Source of the DNA: an uncultured Gammaproteobacteria bacterium
GTDB lineage: Bacteria; Pseudomonadota; Gammaproteobacteria; DRLM01
NCBI GenBank assembly: GCA_963729605.1
Contig: CAVSNY010000006.1
Span: 160,001-224,000, forward strand
DNA: 64,000 bases
Direction: 5' to 3'
Shown in pieces: positions 1 to 10,316 of this stretch (positions are counted from its first letter, which is position 1; every line of letters begins with the position of its first letter). The notes beneath the pieces are model-generated. The model was not told the DNA's origin. It saw only the letters and a program-made list of their open reading frames with translations, and did no database searches. A program made the translations under genes and the position numbers.

Positions 1-90
1 TCTTCGTGCCCGGGGTCGATGGGGATGAAGATCGATTGACCTCGGCCCGCCTCCCCGTTCCGTCGAAAGCGGCGGGCATCGCGGCGGTAT

Positions 91-684
91 TTACGTCCGC
101 TTCTCCCACCACAGGATACGATTATTGGCGGGCATGGCGACATCGCCCCGCGCCTGCAGTTGCGCCTGCTGCGCCAACCGGTCGAGCGCGTCGGCATCGC
201 GGATGCCGCTGAGGGGATCGCGGGATTTGAGTTGTTCATCGAAGCGCCGATTGCTGTCGCTGGTGTAACATCCGTGATCATTAAATGGGCCGTACAGTAA
301 AAAGATGCCGCCCGCGGGCAATAAGGCGCCGACGCCCGCGAACATAGCCTCCACCTCCGGCCAGTGCATGATATGAGCGGTGTTGGCGGAATACACCGCA
401 TCCACCGTCATGGCGGGCCACGGTGTTTGCGTCACGTCCAGCGCCAGAGGCGGACGCACATTCTCCAGGGCGGCTTCATCCAGCCACAGCTGAATGCCGG
501 CGTGATACATCTCGCGGTCGCTGGTATGCCAGATCAAATGTGGTAGTTTCGCGGCGAAATACACCGCGTGTTGTCCCGTGCCGCTGCCGATCTCCAACAC
601 CGCGCGCCGCGCGGCCAGCAGCGGTTGAATCACCGCGAAGATGGGATCGCGGTTACGCTCGCAGGCCTCGGAATAAGGTTTCAT
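91..684 (-). CDS. DUF938-family class I SAM-dependent methyltransferase
   Basis: 197 aa; N-terminal PYSEACERNRDPI and SAM motif VLEIGSGTGQH; LYGPF...SN..FD..L..RDP..GIRD...MPANN typical of DUF938. Confidence 0.85.
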   Translation of the reverse strand: MKPYSEACERNRDPIFAVIQPLLAARRAVLEIGSGTGQHAVYFAAKLPHLIWHTSDREMYHAGIQLWLDEAALENVRPPLALDVTQTPWPAMTVDAVYSANTAHIMHWPEVEAMFAGVGALLPAGGIFLLYGPFNDHGCYTSDSNRRFDEQLKSRDPLSGIRDADALDRLAQQAQLQARGDVAMPANNRILWWEKRT

Positions 685-805
685 CGATCCACCGTCTCCT
701 GGACGTTCATGCTCACCGCCAAGGGGCTTATTCAGAGGTTCCTACGGCACACGGATGTGCCGCCATAGCCGCCGCGCGAAGACCTCGGCGCCTTCGCGGA
801 CGGAC

Positions 806-1195
806 TCACTGAGAGGGGGCCAACGACAAAATATAATCGACCAATTGCTCGATGTGCTCCGCCGATACCCGCTTCTCCAGCGGCGGCATGCCGTCGGGCG
901 CCTTCCAGCTGAACCACTTGCCCTTGCTGCCTTTGTTGACGCTTTCGATCAACAGCGCCCGCGCCTCCGCCCGCGGCGCGTCTTTATAACGATCGGCGAT
1001 CGCCTGCCAGGACGGCCCGACCGTGCTTACGCTGACCGTATGGCATTCGATGCAACCGTTCATATGCGCCAGCTTGAACAATTCGCTCTCCCTCTCCCCC
1101 CGCGAGTCTTCCACACCCGCGCCCTGTTGGCCGCACCCGCCGAGGACGGCGACGGCGATTATCGCGGCCACGGACCTGTTCATTTTAATAACCAT
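806..1195 (-). CDS. monoheme c-type cytochrome (c551/c552-like), probable lipoprotein
   Basis: CIECH heme motif, VGPSW, distal-ligand MPP, signal peptide with lipobox LGGC. Confidence 0.85.
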   Translation of the reverse strand: MVIKMNRSVAAIIAVAVLGGCGQQGAGVEDSRGERESELFKLAHMNGCIECHTVSVSTVGPSWQAIADRYKDAPRAEARALLIESVNKGSKGKWFSWKAPDGMPPLEKRVSAEHIEQLVDYILSLAPSQ

Positions 1196-1329
1196 TTTGT
1201 GCCCCCGTTCATCACTACGCTTTACTACGCCTTATTAAGCGCGCCTGACACGGCGATTCATGATGTTTCGCGATCACGGCCGCCCCGGCGATCACCAGAT
1301 TCATTTTACCCGCGTTGACCCATGCATCC

Positions 1330-2013
1330 TCACAAAACGCGCGCCGCGAACCAAAGCGTGTGCCACGCGCCCTTGCGCACCGCGCCGCGCGCGCGCACCC
1401 GCTGCTCTTCCACGTCAAAACCCTGCTTGCGCAGGCGGTCGGCGAAATCCGGCGCGGGGCCCGCCGACCACACCGCCAACACCCCGCCGGGCCGCAGCGC
1501 CGAATACGCCGCGTTCAACCCCGCCGCGGAATAAAGCCAGTCGTTGCCCTTGTGGGTCAAACCTTCGGGGCCGTTGTCCACGTCCAGCAAGATGGCGTCG
1601 TAGTCCTGCGCCGCCGTTCTCAAGAGCCGGGCCACGTCGATCACCTCTATTCGGGCGCGCGCATCGTCCAGCGGTTGACCGGCCTCCGCCCCCAGCGGCC
1701 CGCGATTCCATTCCACCACCGCCGCCACCAATTCCGCTACCACCACTTCGGCGGCGGGCCCAAGGTTTTTCAGCGCGGCGGCGAGTGTGAACCCCATCCC
1801 CAAACCGCCGATCAATACCCGCGGCCGGGCCTGGTCGGCCAGCCGGGCGCAGGCCAGTTCCGCCAAGGCCTCCTCCGAACCGTGCATCCGGCTGTTCATC
1901 AGCTCGCCGCCGCCGACGATACGGATCGAAAACTCCTCGGCCCGCCGATATAACCTGAGCTCGCCGCCGTTGCCGGGTATCGCCGCGCTGCCGAGCAGTA
2001 TCCAAGGAATCAT
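1330..2013 (-). CDS. spermidine synthase-like SAM-dependent transferase
   Basis: ELMNSRMHGSEEALA, VLIGGLGMGFT and DAILLDVDNGP motifs; start reassigned to MIPW at 2013. Confidence 0.75.
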   Translation of the reverse strand: MIPWILLGSAAIPGNGGELRLYRRAEEFSIRIVGGGELMNSRMHGSEEALAELACARLADQARPRVLIGGLGMGFTLAAALKNLGPAAEVVVAELVAAVVEWNRGPLGAEAGQPLDDARARIEVIDVARLLRTAAQDYDAILLDVDNGPEGLTHKGNDWLYSAAGLNAAYSALRPGGVLAVWSAGPAPDFADRLRKQGFDVEEQRVRARGAVRKGAWHTLWFAARVL

Positions 2014-2106
2014 GATGGGTTCTACGTGGCCGGAATGCCGGCCATCATACAGCAGCGCCGCTTGTTTTACCGAGCGCGAAGCGATGCCCGATAACGGTGT
2101 CTTTAA

Positions 2107-2173
2107 GGAAGCTCTGAATAATTCCATCCTGAAATTTCAGGGCACGGGAGCCTCTGAATAAATCAGAGGTTCC
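2107..2173. repeat. IS5-like terminal inverted repeat remnants
   Basis: GGAAGCTCTGAATAA (2107), GGAGCCTCTGAATAA (2147) and inverted AATCAGAGGTTCC (2161-2173); another inverted copy at 728-742. Confidence 0.4.
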
Positions 2174-2291
2174 TTGAATCTGTTGCGGAGCAAGATTGGA
2201 AGGGTGCCAATTTAAGAAACACGATGCTCCGCGGCACCTCCCGGCATTTTCAGCGCCGGTCCTCTTCAATCAAAAAATGCGGCCCCCAACA

Positions 2292-2320
2292 AACGACCCC
2301 GCCGGCGCGGCGGGGTCGTT
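2292..2320 (-). terminator. probable intrinsic terminator of the 2355-2648 gene
   Basis: 12-bp stem AACGACCCCGCC/GGCGGGGTCGTT whose minus-strand 3' end runs into TTTGTT. Confidence 0.55.
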
Positions 2321-2354
2321 GTACAACGCCATGTTATAAGCGCCAGCTGCGCAC

Positions 2355-2648
2355 TCACATATTGCCGTCGGAACCCGCGCCGTCTTCTTTCATGTCATGT
2401 TTGTCGTGTTTGCCTTCCTTGCCGTGTTTGCCCTCTTTACCGTGCATCCCGGCCTTCTCATCCTTGTCGTGTTTCATCATCGAATGATCAAGACACCTCT
2501 TCATCCAGGCATCCAATTTTTCACCGGACATGCCATGTTGCTCACCCATGGCCTTGCACTGTTCTTCGGTGGGGCCTTCGCCGGCGACAACGGACCAGGA
2601 CATGAACGAGAGGGTAAGGGCGGCGACGCCCAGGGCGATCTTTTTCAT
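2355..2648 (-). CDS. small secreted protein with PsiF-like Cys pair and His/Met/Lys-rich tail
   Basis: AGGAG RBS, signal peptide MKKIALGVAAL..., CKAMGEQHGMSGEKLDAWMKRCL, HGKEGK repeats. Confidence 0.7.
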   Translation of the reverse strand: MKKIALGVAALTLSFMSWSVVAGEGPTEEQCKAMGEQHGMSGEKLDAWMKRCLDHSMMKHDKDEKAGMHGKEGKHGKEGKHDKHDMKEDGAGSDGNM

Positions 2649-3519
2649 TCGAAGCTCCTTATTGAAGGATAGGAAGTTGACAGCCGCCGAATCGGTTTCG
2701 TCCGCGGGTAACGCACTTTAACCGAGCCTTTTGACTCTGTCGATGGGCGCGCCCGATCCATTCGGCCAAGGGCATGAAGTTTGGATTTTTAATCTTGAGA
2801 TTCTCCTCGGCGAGCCGCGGGACCAGACGATGGGGCCGTTCAAGGAGAGGGAGGGCGTAGCGAAGCGCGCGATTCCCTACCTCGAGTACCCGCGCGATTC
2901 ATCCCCCGTGCGCAGTCGGGCCAAATTAATCGCACGCCGCGGCCTCATTGTAATTCCTAAGCCTGCTTGTAAGCTTTACATGAAATCGCGCAAAGAACCC
3001 GGCACCCACCGCCTCGACTTTTAGCGAGTCAAACCCCGAATCTCACGCAACGATCTCTATGCGGTTCGACAGCGGAGAGGAAAAATTCAGTCCTGAAAAG
3101 TTTCAGAAATCCTAGTGGCTTCTAAAATTTATCCGGCCGCCGGGCTTGACGTGGATTGATTCTTGATTGGACGCAGAGCGTTGGAAAACCCTCGTCGATA
3201 TTCATCTAACGGCCAGGCTGGTCACCGCTGGCCCGCGGATTGCAATTCCCGACGGCAATAAGGACGGCTCGCTGCCAAACTCCCGTGCTTATTTCTTTAG
3301 TCAGCATCCATGGTTCGCCCGGCGCGAACTCAATTATTATTAAAGGAAGGAACCCACCATGTTCAACCCCAATCGACCCAAAGAACAACGCGAAAATGAA
3401 ACCAATCCCGGCCGTCGCCCCAAAGGTGAGCAGGATAAACGCGACATCAATCAACGTGGCAAGGACAAAGACAAGGAAAGCCGCCGCGTGGAACGGGAAG
3501 GCTGATTGGTAATGATCGG

Positions 3520-3551
3520 TGATGAGGCCGCCGCCCTAGGCGGCCTCATCA
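3520..3551. terminator. strong hairpin downstream of metZ, possible terminator
   Basis: 13-bp perfect stem TGATGAGGCCGCC/GGCGGCCTCATCA; no clear U tract. Confidence 0.4.
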
Positions 3552-3663
3552 ATATTTAATGCGCACAGCACCTACTTTGAAATCATAAAAAAACAGCAAA
3601 AGTCATTTCTCGCATCTACGAATACAGCAATTTTCTTTAGATGCTTCACCACGACTTCGGTGA

Positions 3664-4845
3664 TTACAGCTTCAAACCTCGCGCCAAATCCGCTTTCAAA
3701 TCCTCGACGTTTTCCAGACCCACCGCGATCCGCACCAGATTATCTTTGATACCCGCCGCCGCGCGGGCCTCGGGCGTCAAACGGCCATGGGTGGTGGTAG
3801 CGGGATGAGTAATGGTGCTCTTGGTATCGCCGAGGTTGGCGGTAATCGCGATCAGCCGCGTGTTGTCGATCACCCTCCACGCCGCCTCCCGGCCGCCCTT
3901 CACTTCGAAAGAGAGCAGGCCGCCGAAGCCGCGCTGCTGGCGTTTGGCCAAGTCGTATTGCGGATGCGAAACCAAACCGGGGTAAAACACCCGCTCCACC
4001 GCCGGCTGCCGCTCCAGCCACTCGGCGAGGGCCAGCGCGTTGGCGCAGTGGGCGCGCATGCGTACGCCCAAGGTTTCCAGACCTTTTAAAAATACCCAGG
4101 CGTGAAACGGGCTCAGGCAGGGACCGGTGGTGCGCAACACGCCGTACACATCGCCGCCCACTTCTTTTTCGCGGCCGATCACCGCACCGCCGATGGCGCG
4201 GCCCTGACCGTCGATATATTTGGTGGCGGAGACCACCACCAGATCCGCGCCCAGTTGCAGAGGCCGCTGCAAGGCCGAGGTGCACACCGTATTATCAACC
4301 ACCAGTAAACAACCGTGTTCGTGCGCCAGCGCGGCGAGTTGGGCGATGTCGGCCACTTCGGTAAGCGGATTGGCCGGCGTCTCCAAAAACAGGATGCGTG
4401 TGGTGGGACGGATCGCGGCGCGCCAGGCGGCGATGTCGGTGAGCGGCGCATAGCTAGTCTCGATGCCGAACTTGGCCAGGTAATTATTGAACAGGATGAC
4501 CGTGCTGCCGAAGATGCCGTTACTCGCCACCATGTGGTCGCCGCTCTTCAACAGACCGAGACAGGTGGCGAGGATCGCCGCCATGCCCGAGCTGGTGGCC
4601 ACCGCCCGCTCGCCGCCTTCCATCGCGGCGATGCGCTGCTCGAACACTTGCACGGTGGGATTGGTGAAGCGCGAATAAATATTGCCGGGTTTTGCGCCGG
4701 AGAAACGCGCCGCCGCCTCCGCCGCGCTGGAAAACACGAAGCTGGTCGAGGCGAAGATGGGTTCGCTCATCTCACCCTCGGCGCTGCGCCGCTGGCCGCC
4801 GTGCACCGCCAGGGTTTCCGGCTGATAATGAATTTCGTCGGACAT
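3664..4845 (-). CDS. metZ: O-succinylhomoserine sulfhydrylase
   Basis: GNIYSRFTNPTV, PLP lysine SATKY, ANLGDTKSTITHPATTTHGR; GAGGAG RBS before ATG 4845; position after purF. Confidence 0.93.
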   Translation of the reverse strand: MSDEIHYQPETLAVHGGQRRSAEGEMSEPIFASTSFVFSSAAEAAARFSGAKPGNIYSRFTNPTVQVFEQRIAAMEGGERAVATSSGMAAILATCLGLLKSGDHMVASNGIFGSTVILFNNYLAKFGIETSYAPLTDIAAWRAAIRPTTRILFLETPANPLTEVADIAQLAALAHEHGCLLVVDNTVCTSALQRPLQLGADLVVVSATKYIDGQGRAIGGAVIGREKEVGGDVYGVLRTTGPCLSPFHAWVFLKGLETLGVRMRAHCANALALAEWLERQPAVERVFYPGLVSHPQYDLAKRQQRGFGGLLSFEVKGGREAAWRVIDNTRLIAITANLGDTKSTITHPATTTHGRLTPEARAAAGIKDNLVRIAVGLENVEDLKADLARGLKL

Positions 4846-4874
4846 GCCGCCTCTCCTCGTCAGATGGCGGGCAT

Positions 4875-4909
4875 AAAAAAACCCACCGTGATTCTTCACC
4901 AAAGCGGGT
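4875..4909 (-). terminator. intrinsic terminator in the metZ leader (riboswitch expression platform)
   Basis: minus strand ACCCGCT-TTG-GTGA-AGAA-TCAC-GGTGGGT running into a 7-T tract. Confidence 0.6.
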
Positions 4910-4912
4910 CGC

Positions 4913-4968
4913 CCTCGCTTTAGCTGTATTTATTACGCGCCCGCAAGCTGATATCAAATCGGCGCACG
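4913..4968 (-). ncRNA. SAM-II riboswitch
   Basis: minus strand GCGCCGATTTG..CTTGCGGGCGCG-TAATAAAT-ACAGCTAAAGCGAGG follows the SAM-II H-type pseudoknot pattern; lies upstream of a methionine gene. Confidence 0.8.
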
Positions 4969-4973
4969 ACTAC

Positions 4974-5003
4974 AGAGTAAAAAATCCCGGCTCGGCTTGT
5001 CAA
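4974..5003 (-). promoter_or_regulatory. sigma70 promoter for the riboswitch-metZ transcript
   Basis: TTGACA-N18-TACTCT on the minus strand, placing the start site at the riboswitch 5' end. Confidence 0.6.
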
Positions 5004-5076
5004 TCATCCAAACCGGCGACTCCGGCGCGTTACGGTAACCGCGCCGCCCGGTAAATCCACCGCGGCGCGCGGCGCC

Positions 5077-6594
5077 TCAAGAGAGGTTATGGATATCCGC
5101 CGCCGCCGCCGCGACATTGGCGCGGGTCGGCGTATCCTTGGCGCCGTCGTTGCGGCGCCGCTCCAGCTCCGCCAGGTATTCCGGACCGATATCGCCGGTG
5201 ACGTAGTGGCCGGTGAAGACCGAATCGTCGAATTGTTCGAGCTTGCGGTTGCCGTGATGCACGGCGCCGATCAAATCGGGGAGGTCTTGATAGATGAGTT
5301 TATCGGCGCTGATCTCGCGGCAGACTTCGTCGTCGCTTTTATCGTGGGCCACCAGCTCGGTGGCGGCCGGCATGTCGATGCCGTAGACGTTGGGATAACG
5401 CACGGCCGGGGCGGCGGAGGCGAAATATACTCGATGGGCGCCGGCGTCGCGCGCCATTTGGATGATCTGCCGCGAGGTGGTGCCGCGCACGATGGAATCG
5501 TCCACCAGCAAGACGTTTTTGCCGCGGAATTCCAGGTCGATGGCATTGAGTTTCTGGCGCACGGATTTTTTGCGCTGAGTCTGGCCGGGCATGATGAAGG
5601 TGCGGCCGATGTAGCGGTTCTTGATGAAACCTTCGCGGTATTTCACGCCCAATTTATTGGCGAGCTGCAAGGCCGAGGTGCGGCTGGTATCGGGAATCGG
5701 GATCACCACGTCGATGTCGTGATCGGGCCACTCGCGCAAAATCTTGTCGGCGAGGGTCTCGCCCATCCGCAAGCGCGCCTTGTACACCGACACGTCGTCG
5801 ATGATGGAATCCGGGCGGGCGAGGTATACATATTCAAAAATGCACGGGGCGTACACCGGTTTTTTGGCGCACTGGCGGGTTTGAATACCACCGTCGAGAC
5901 TGAAAAACAGCGCTTCGCCCGGCGCAATATCCCGCACCAGTTGGAAGCCCAGCACGTCCAGCGCCACACTCTCGGAGGCCACCATGTATTCGATGCCTTG
6001 AGGTGTCTCGCGTTTGCCGAACACCACCGGCCGGATGCCGTGCGGATCGCGGAAGGCGACGATGCCGTAACCGACGATCAAGGCCACCGCCGCGTAGCCG
6101 CCCCGGCAGCGGCGATGCACGCCGGCCACCGCGGCGAAGATGTCGTCCTCGTTGAGGCGCAGCTTGCCCTGCGCCTGCAATTCGTGGGCGAAGACGTTGA
6201 GCAATACTTCGGAATCGGATTCGGTATTGATGTGGCGGCGGTCTTCCAGAAACAGATCGCGTTTGAGATCGTCGGCGTTGGTGAGATTGCCGTTGTGCGC
6301 CAGCGCGATGCCGAACGGCGAGTTCACGTAAAACGGCTGGGCCTCCGCCGACGACGCGCAGCCGGCGGTGGGATAACGCACGTGGCCGATGCCGATGTTG
6401 CCGTGCAGATCGCGCATGTGGCGGGTATGAAATACGTCGCGCACCAGGCCGTTGTCCTTGCGCAGATAAACCCGCTTGCCGTCGCTGGTGAGTATGCCCG
6501 CCGCGTCCTGACCCCGGTGTTGCAGCACGGTCAATCCGTCATAGATGGATTGATTGACCTGCTCTTTGCCCACAATGCCCACAATCCCGCACAT
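5077..6594 (-). CDS. purF: amidophosphoribosyltransferase
   Basis: MCGIVG N-terminus, [14 protein letters not shown] motif [14 protein letters not shown]. Confidence 0.98.
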   Translation of the reverse strand: MCGIVGIVGKEQVNQSIYDGLTVLQHRGQDAAGILTSDGKRVYLRKDNGLVRDVFHTRHMRDLHGNIGIGHVRYPTAGCASSAEAQPFYVNSPFGIALAHNGNLTNADDLKRDLFLEDRRHINTESDSEVLLNVFAHELQAQGKLRLNEDDIFAAVAGVHRRCRGGYAAVALIVGYGIVAFRDPHGIRPVVFGKRETPQGIEYMVASESVALDVLGFQLVRDIAPGEALFFSLDGGIQTRQCAKKPVYAPCIFEYVYLARPDSIIDDVSVYKARLRMGETLADKILREWPDHDIDVVIPIPDTSRTSALQLANKLGVKYREGFIKNRYIGRTFIMPGQTQRKKSVRQKLNAIDLEFRGKNVLLVDDSIVRGTTSRQIIQMARDAGAHRVYFASAAPAVRYPNVYGIDMPAATELVAHDKSDDEVCREISADKLIYQDLPDLIGAVHHGNRKLEQFDDSVFTGHYVTGDIGPEYLAELERRRNDGAKDTPTRANVAAAAADIHNLS

Positions 6595-6671
6595 ATCGTT
6601 ATCTCACCTCACCGCCGCGCCCGTCCGCCATCGAAATCCGCCGCTTCGTCGCGGCGGCCCGCCAGTTGAAT

Positions 6672-7157
6672 TTATACCGATTGCCGTAGGTCATCCGGCA
6701 TCCACTGTTGCCATTTGGCCAGCCACGGCGCCGCATAATCGATGATCGCCGAATCCCGCCAGGCCTCCGTCTCCACCAGCGGCGTGATACCGACCACCAC
6801 CAGCACCAGCGCGACCACCAAACCGCCGCGCAATACGCCGAAGATCACGCCCAATATCCGGTCGCTGATACTCAAGCCGGCGCCCTTCACCAGCTTCGAT
6901 AAAAAATAATTGATCAGCGCGCCCGCTATCAGCACGGCCAGGAACACCACCACGAAGGCGACGGCCATGCGCACCGACGGAGAATCAATGACGCCTCTCA
7001 AGAAGTCGGCCAGCGTGGGGTTGAACCGCAGCGCCAGCCAAAAGGCGCCGATCCACACCGCCAGCGACACCGCCTCGCGCACGAAACCGCGGATCACACT
7101 GATCACCGCCGAAAACGCCACGACCCCTAAAATGGCGACATCAACCCAATTCATCAA
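6672..7157 (-). CDS. cvpA: colicin V production protein CvpA
   Basis: MNWVD..., RGFVREAVSL, DRILGVIFGVLRG; upstream of purF. Confidence 0.93.
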   Translation of the reverse strand: MMNWVDVAILGVVAFSAVISVIRGFVREAVSLAVWIGAFWLALRFNPTLADFLRGVIDSPSVRMAVAFVVVFLAVLIAGALINYFLSKLVKGAGLSISDRILGVIFGVLRGGLVVALVLVVVGITPLVETEAWRDSAIIDYAAPWLAKWQQWMPDDLRQSV

Positions 7158-7361
7158 TATCCACCCTGCCGTCCGCCGCGCGCGACGGCAATAACCCCGC
7201 CGTCCGCCCCGTCAACGCGGGCGGGCCGCCGTCTGCAAAAAAAATCCATTTCAACGAAAGACCAGCAAGGGGCATGGGCTAGCGGCCTTAAGGCCGGACT
7301 GATAGTGAAAGAGGGAAGGCATTTTACCAGAACGGCCGCGCCTCGGCAGCAAGCAGCGCGC

Positions 7362-7979
7362 TCACGGATAGTGCAGCACGATGGCGCGCAACTGGGTCTC
7401 GCGCTCCACCCGCTCGCGCAGCGTATCGGCCCGAGCCCGTTCCTTTTCCGGACCGATGCGCACCCGGTAGACCGCGTCGCCGCCCTGCGCATTACGTTCG
7501 ACGAAGGCGCGGAAGCCCCGTTTGATCAGAAACTCCGCCAGATCGTCCGCGTTCTTTTTGCTGGAAAAGCTGCCGAGCTGGACCACCCAGGCCCCGCCCC
7601 CGGCGGCGCCCGCGGCGGGAGCGGCCGGCACTGACGGCGGCACGGGGGCAACCGGCGGCGCGGGAGGCATCGCCGGCGCCGGCTTGGCCGTGGCGGGACT
7701 CGCCGGGGCTACCGCCACGGGCGCGGATACGGGCGGCGCGACCGGCTTATCGAGTGACTCCATCCCCGCGGCCAATTCCGTGTCGGCCTGCTGCGCCCAA
7801 TTTTCGAGCGGCAGTACCCGCGTCACGAAGCCTTGTTCCGGCGGCGCGGCCAGGTTGTCGTGATGTCCCCACCATTCGCGCTCGTGGCCGAAATCCAGGA
7901 CGAAGGGGATGACGATCACCGCCACCGCTACCAGCACGAGACCACCGACTATCCGCTGTTTGAGTAAGCCGCGTTCCAC
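7362..7979 (-). CDS. dedD: SPOR-domain cell division protein DedD
   Basis: KQRIVGGLVLVAVAVIVIP TM segment, Pro/Ala linker, WVVQLGSF...YRVRIGP SPOR domain; GTG start inferred. Confidence 0.85.
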   Translation of the reverse strand: MERGLLKQRIVGGLVLVAVAVIVIPFVLDFGHEREWWGHHDNLAAPPEQGFVTRVLPLENWAQQADTELAAGMESLDKPVAPPVSAPVAVAPASPATAKPAPAMPPAPPVAPVPPSVPAAPAAGAAGGGAWVVQLGSFSSKKNADDLAEFLIKRGFRAFVERNAQGGDAVYRVRIGPEKERARADTLRERVERETQLRAIVLHYP

Positions 7980-7981
7980 CT

Positions 7982-9349
7982 TCACCCCGCCTGCTGTTTC
8001 GGCGCCGCGGCACGGGCGGGATCCCACCAGGCGCGCCGCTCGGGCGATAAAGCCTCCGCCACCGTATAAAACGAGCCGAACACCACGATGCGCTCGCCGT
8101 CCGCGGCGGCCGCGCGGGCGCCCACCAAGGCGGCGGCGACCTCCGCGTATTCACTCACCGCCGCCGCGCCGGCCACCGCGCGCGCGACGGCGGCCAAGGC
8201 CGCGGCGGTGGCGCCGCGGGCCACACTCAATCCCGCCACATGCCAATGATCCACCGCACCGGCCATGGCCTCGATCACCGCGGTTTGATCCTTGTCCGCC
8301 AACATCGCCACTACCGCGTGGGTCCGCCCGGCGCGGGGCAGGGTCGCCAACTGCGCGGCCAGGCTGCGCGCCGCCTGCGGATTGTGGGCCACGTCGCAGA
8401 TGCGCAGGCCCTGGCCGTCGAGCACATGAAAGCGCCCCGGCACATCCGCCGTCATCAAGCCCAGCCGCAGGGACTGCTGCCCCACCGGCAGACGCGCCGC
8501 CAAGCATTCCAGCGCCATCACCACCGCCGCCGCATTTTTACGCTGATAGGCGCCGCGCAGGCGCGGATACGGCAAGGCGTAACGCGTGCGCGCGCTACCT
8601 TCCCAGCGCCAGCCCGCCGCGTCAGACTCGGCGTGATAATCGCGGCCGGCCAGATACAGCTCGGCGCCGATGGCGCGGGCGTGTTCGACCAGGCTGCGCG
8701 GCGGATCGGTATCGCCGTACACCGCCGGCCGGCCGCCGCGGAAAATCCCGGCCTTTTCCCGGCCGATGGCCTCGCGGTCATCGCCCAGCCAGGCGCTGTG
8801 GTCGATGTCCACCGTGGTCACCAGCGCCACGTCGGGGTCGAGGATATTCACTGCGTCCAAGCGGCCGCCCATGCCCACTTCCAATATCGCCACATCGAGT
8901 TGCGCGCGGTAAAAAATATCGAGGGCGGCCAAGGTGCCGAATTCGAAATAGGTGAGACTGGTGTCGCCGCGCGCCGCGTCGATACGCGCGAAACTCTCGC
9001 ACAAGGCGTCATCGCCGACCGGCCCGCCCGCCACCCGCACCCGTTCGTTGTAATGCAGGAGATGAGGCGAGGTATAGGCGCCGACCCGGTAACCGGCGGC
9101 GGCGAGTATCGCCTCCGCCATCGCCACGCAGGAACCCTTGCCGTTGGTGCCGCCGATAGTGATCACCGCGAACGGCGGCGGCTCCACGCGCAGGCGCCGC
9201 CACACCGCGGCCACCCGCTCCAGGCCCAGGTCGATGGGATTGGGATGCAGTGTCTCCTGCCAGCGCAGCCATTGCTCAAGGGTGGTAAAACGCCCGGTCG
9301 GATCTGGGGAACGAGGGGGCGCGTCGGCGACGAGTTGATCAACGGTCAT
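7982..9349 (-). CDS. folC: dihydrofolate synthase/folylpolyglutamate synthase
   Basis: IDLGLERV, GTNGKGS, YTSPHL, EVGMGGRLDAVN, DVAHNP. Confidence 0.96.
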   Translation of the reverse strand: MTVDQLVADAPPRSPDPTGRFTTLEQWLRWQETLHPNPIDLGLERVAAVWRRLRVEPPPFAVITIGGTNGKGSCVAMAEAILAAAGYRVGAYTSPHLLHYNERVRVAGGPVGDDALCESFARIDAARGDTSLTYFEFGTLAALDIFYRAQLDVAILEVGMGGRLDAVNILDPDVALVTTVDIDHSAWLGDDREAIGREKAGIFRGGRPAVYGDTDPPRSLVEHARAIGAELYLAGRDYHAESDAAGWRWEGSARTRYALPYPRLRGAYQRKNAAAVVMALECLAARLPVGQQSLRLGLMTADVPGRFHVLDGQGLRICDVAHNPQAARSLAAQLATLPRAGRTHAVVAMLADKDQTAVIEAMAGAVDHWHVAGLSVARGATAAALAAVARAVAGAAAVSEYAEVAAALVGARAAAADGERIVVFGSFYTVAEALSPERRAWWDPARAAAPKQQAG

Positions 9350-9393
9350 CGCGTTTTCCCCGCCGCTGCTCACCGGCGCGCCTCATGCCGCGT

Positions 9394-10254
9394 TCACGGT
9401 GGCGCTTGGTGGGTCAATAGCGACAACATGCTGGCGACCCGGTCGCGCATCTCGCGGCGATCGACGATCATGTCGATCGCGCCGTGCTTCAATAAAAATT
9501 CGCTGCGCTGAAAACCCTCGGGCAAGGTCTCGCGCACGGTTTGTTCGATCACCCGCGGCCCGGCGAAACCGATCAGGGCGTTGGGTTCGCCGATGTTGAT
9601 GTCACCCAGCATGGCCAGGCTGGCCGACACGCCGCCCATGGTGGGATCGGTGAGCACCGAAACGAAAGGCAGGCCTTTTTTGCTGAGTTTGGCGAGGGCG
9701 GCGCTGGTCTTAGCCATTTGCATCAGCGAGAACAAGGCCTCCTGCATGCGCGCGCCGCCGCTGGCGGAGAAACACACCATAGGCATGCGTTTTTCGAGAC
9801 AGAGATCGACGCCGCGCACGAAACGTTCGCCGACCACCGCACCCATCGAACCGCCCATGTAACCGAACTCGAAGGCCGCCGCGACGATCGGCATATTTTT
9901 GAGCTTGCCGTGCATTACGATCAAGGCGTCTTTTTCGCCGGTGGCCTTTTGCGCGGCGATGATGCGGTCGCGGTATTTTTTACTGTCGCGGAATTTCAGC
10001 ACGTCGTTGGGTTCGATATCGGCGCCGAGCTCCACCCGCGGCTCCGGATCGAGAAAGGTGTCGAGGCGGCGCCGCGCGCCGATGCGCATGTGGTGGCCGC
10101 ATTTGGGGCAGACGTCGAGACTGCGCTCCAACTCGGAACGGTACAGCACCGCGCTGCAGGCCTCGCACTTGGTCCACAAACCTTCCGGTATGGATTTTTT
10201 AGGCTTGCCTTCGGTGCGAATCTTGGAAGGCAGGAGTTTTTCAAACCAACTCAT
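9394..10254 (-). CDS. accD: acetyl-CoA carboxyltransferase beta subunit
   Basis: zinc finger CEAC...[23 protein letters not shown]. Confidence 0.98.
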   Translation of the reverse strand: MSWFEKLLPSKIRTEGKPKKSIPEGLWTKCEACSAVLYRSELERSLDVCPKCGHHMRIGARRRLDTFLDPEPRVELGADIEPNDVLKFRDSKKYRDRIIAAQKATGEKDALIVMHGKLKNMPIVAAAFEFGYMGGSMGAVVGERFVRGVDLCLEKRMPMVCFSASGGARMQEALFSLMQMAKTSAALAKLSKKGLPFVSVLTDPTMGGVSASLAMLGDINIGEPNALIGFAGPRVIEQTVRETLPEGFQRSEFLLKHGAIDMIVDRREMRDRVASMLSLLTHQAPP

Positions 10255-10316
10255 AACTATCTATACCCCGAGTCGCAAGTAGCCCGCACTTGAGAACGAC
10301 TGATGAATTTACCTTG

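Noticed and set aside
5089-6669. Long antisense ORF over purF (526 aa), and similar shadows over pgi, ppc, zwf, folC and WYL
   Set aside because: Typical stop-poor shadow frames of GC-rich genes with no recognisable motifs.
7158-7361. PurR box upstream of cvpA-purF
   Set aside because: No match to the ACGCAAACGTTTGCGT-type consensus was visible.
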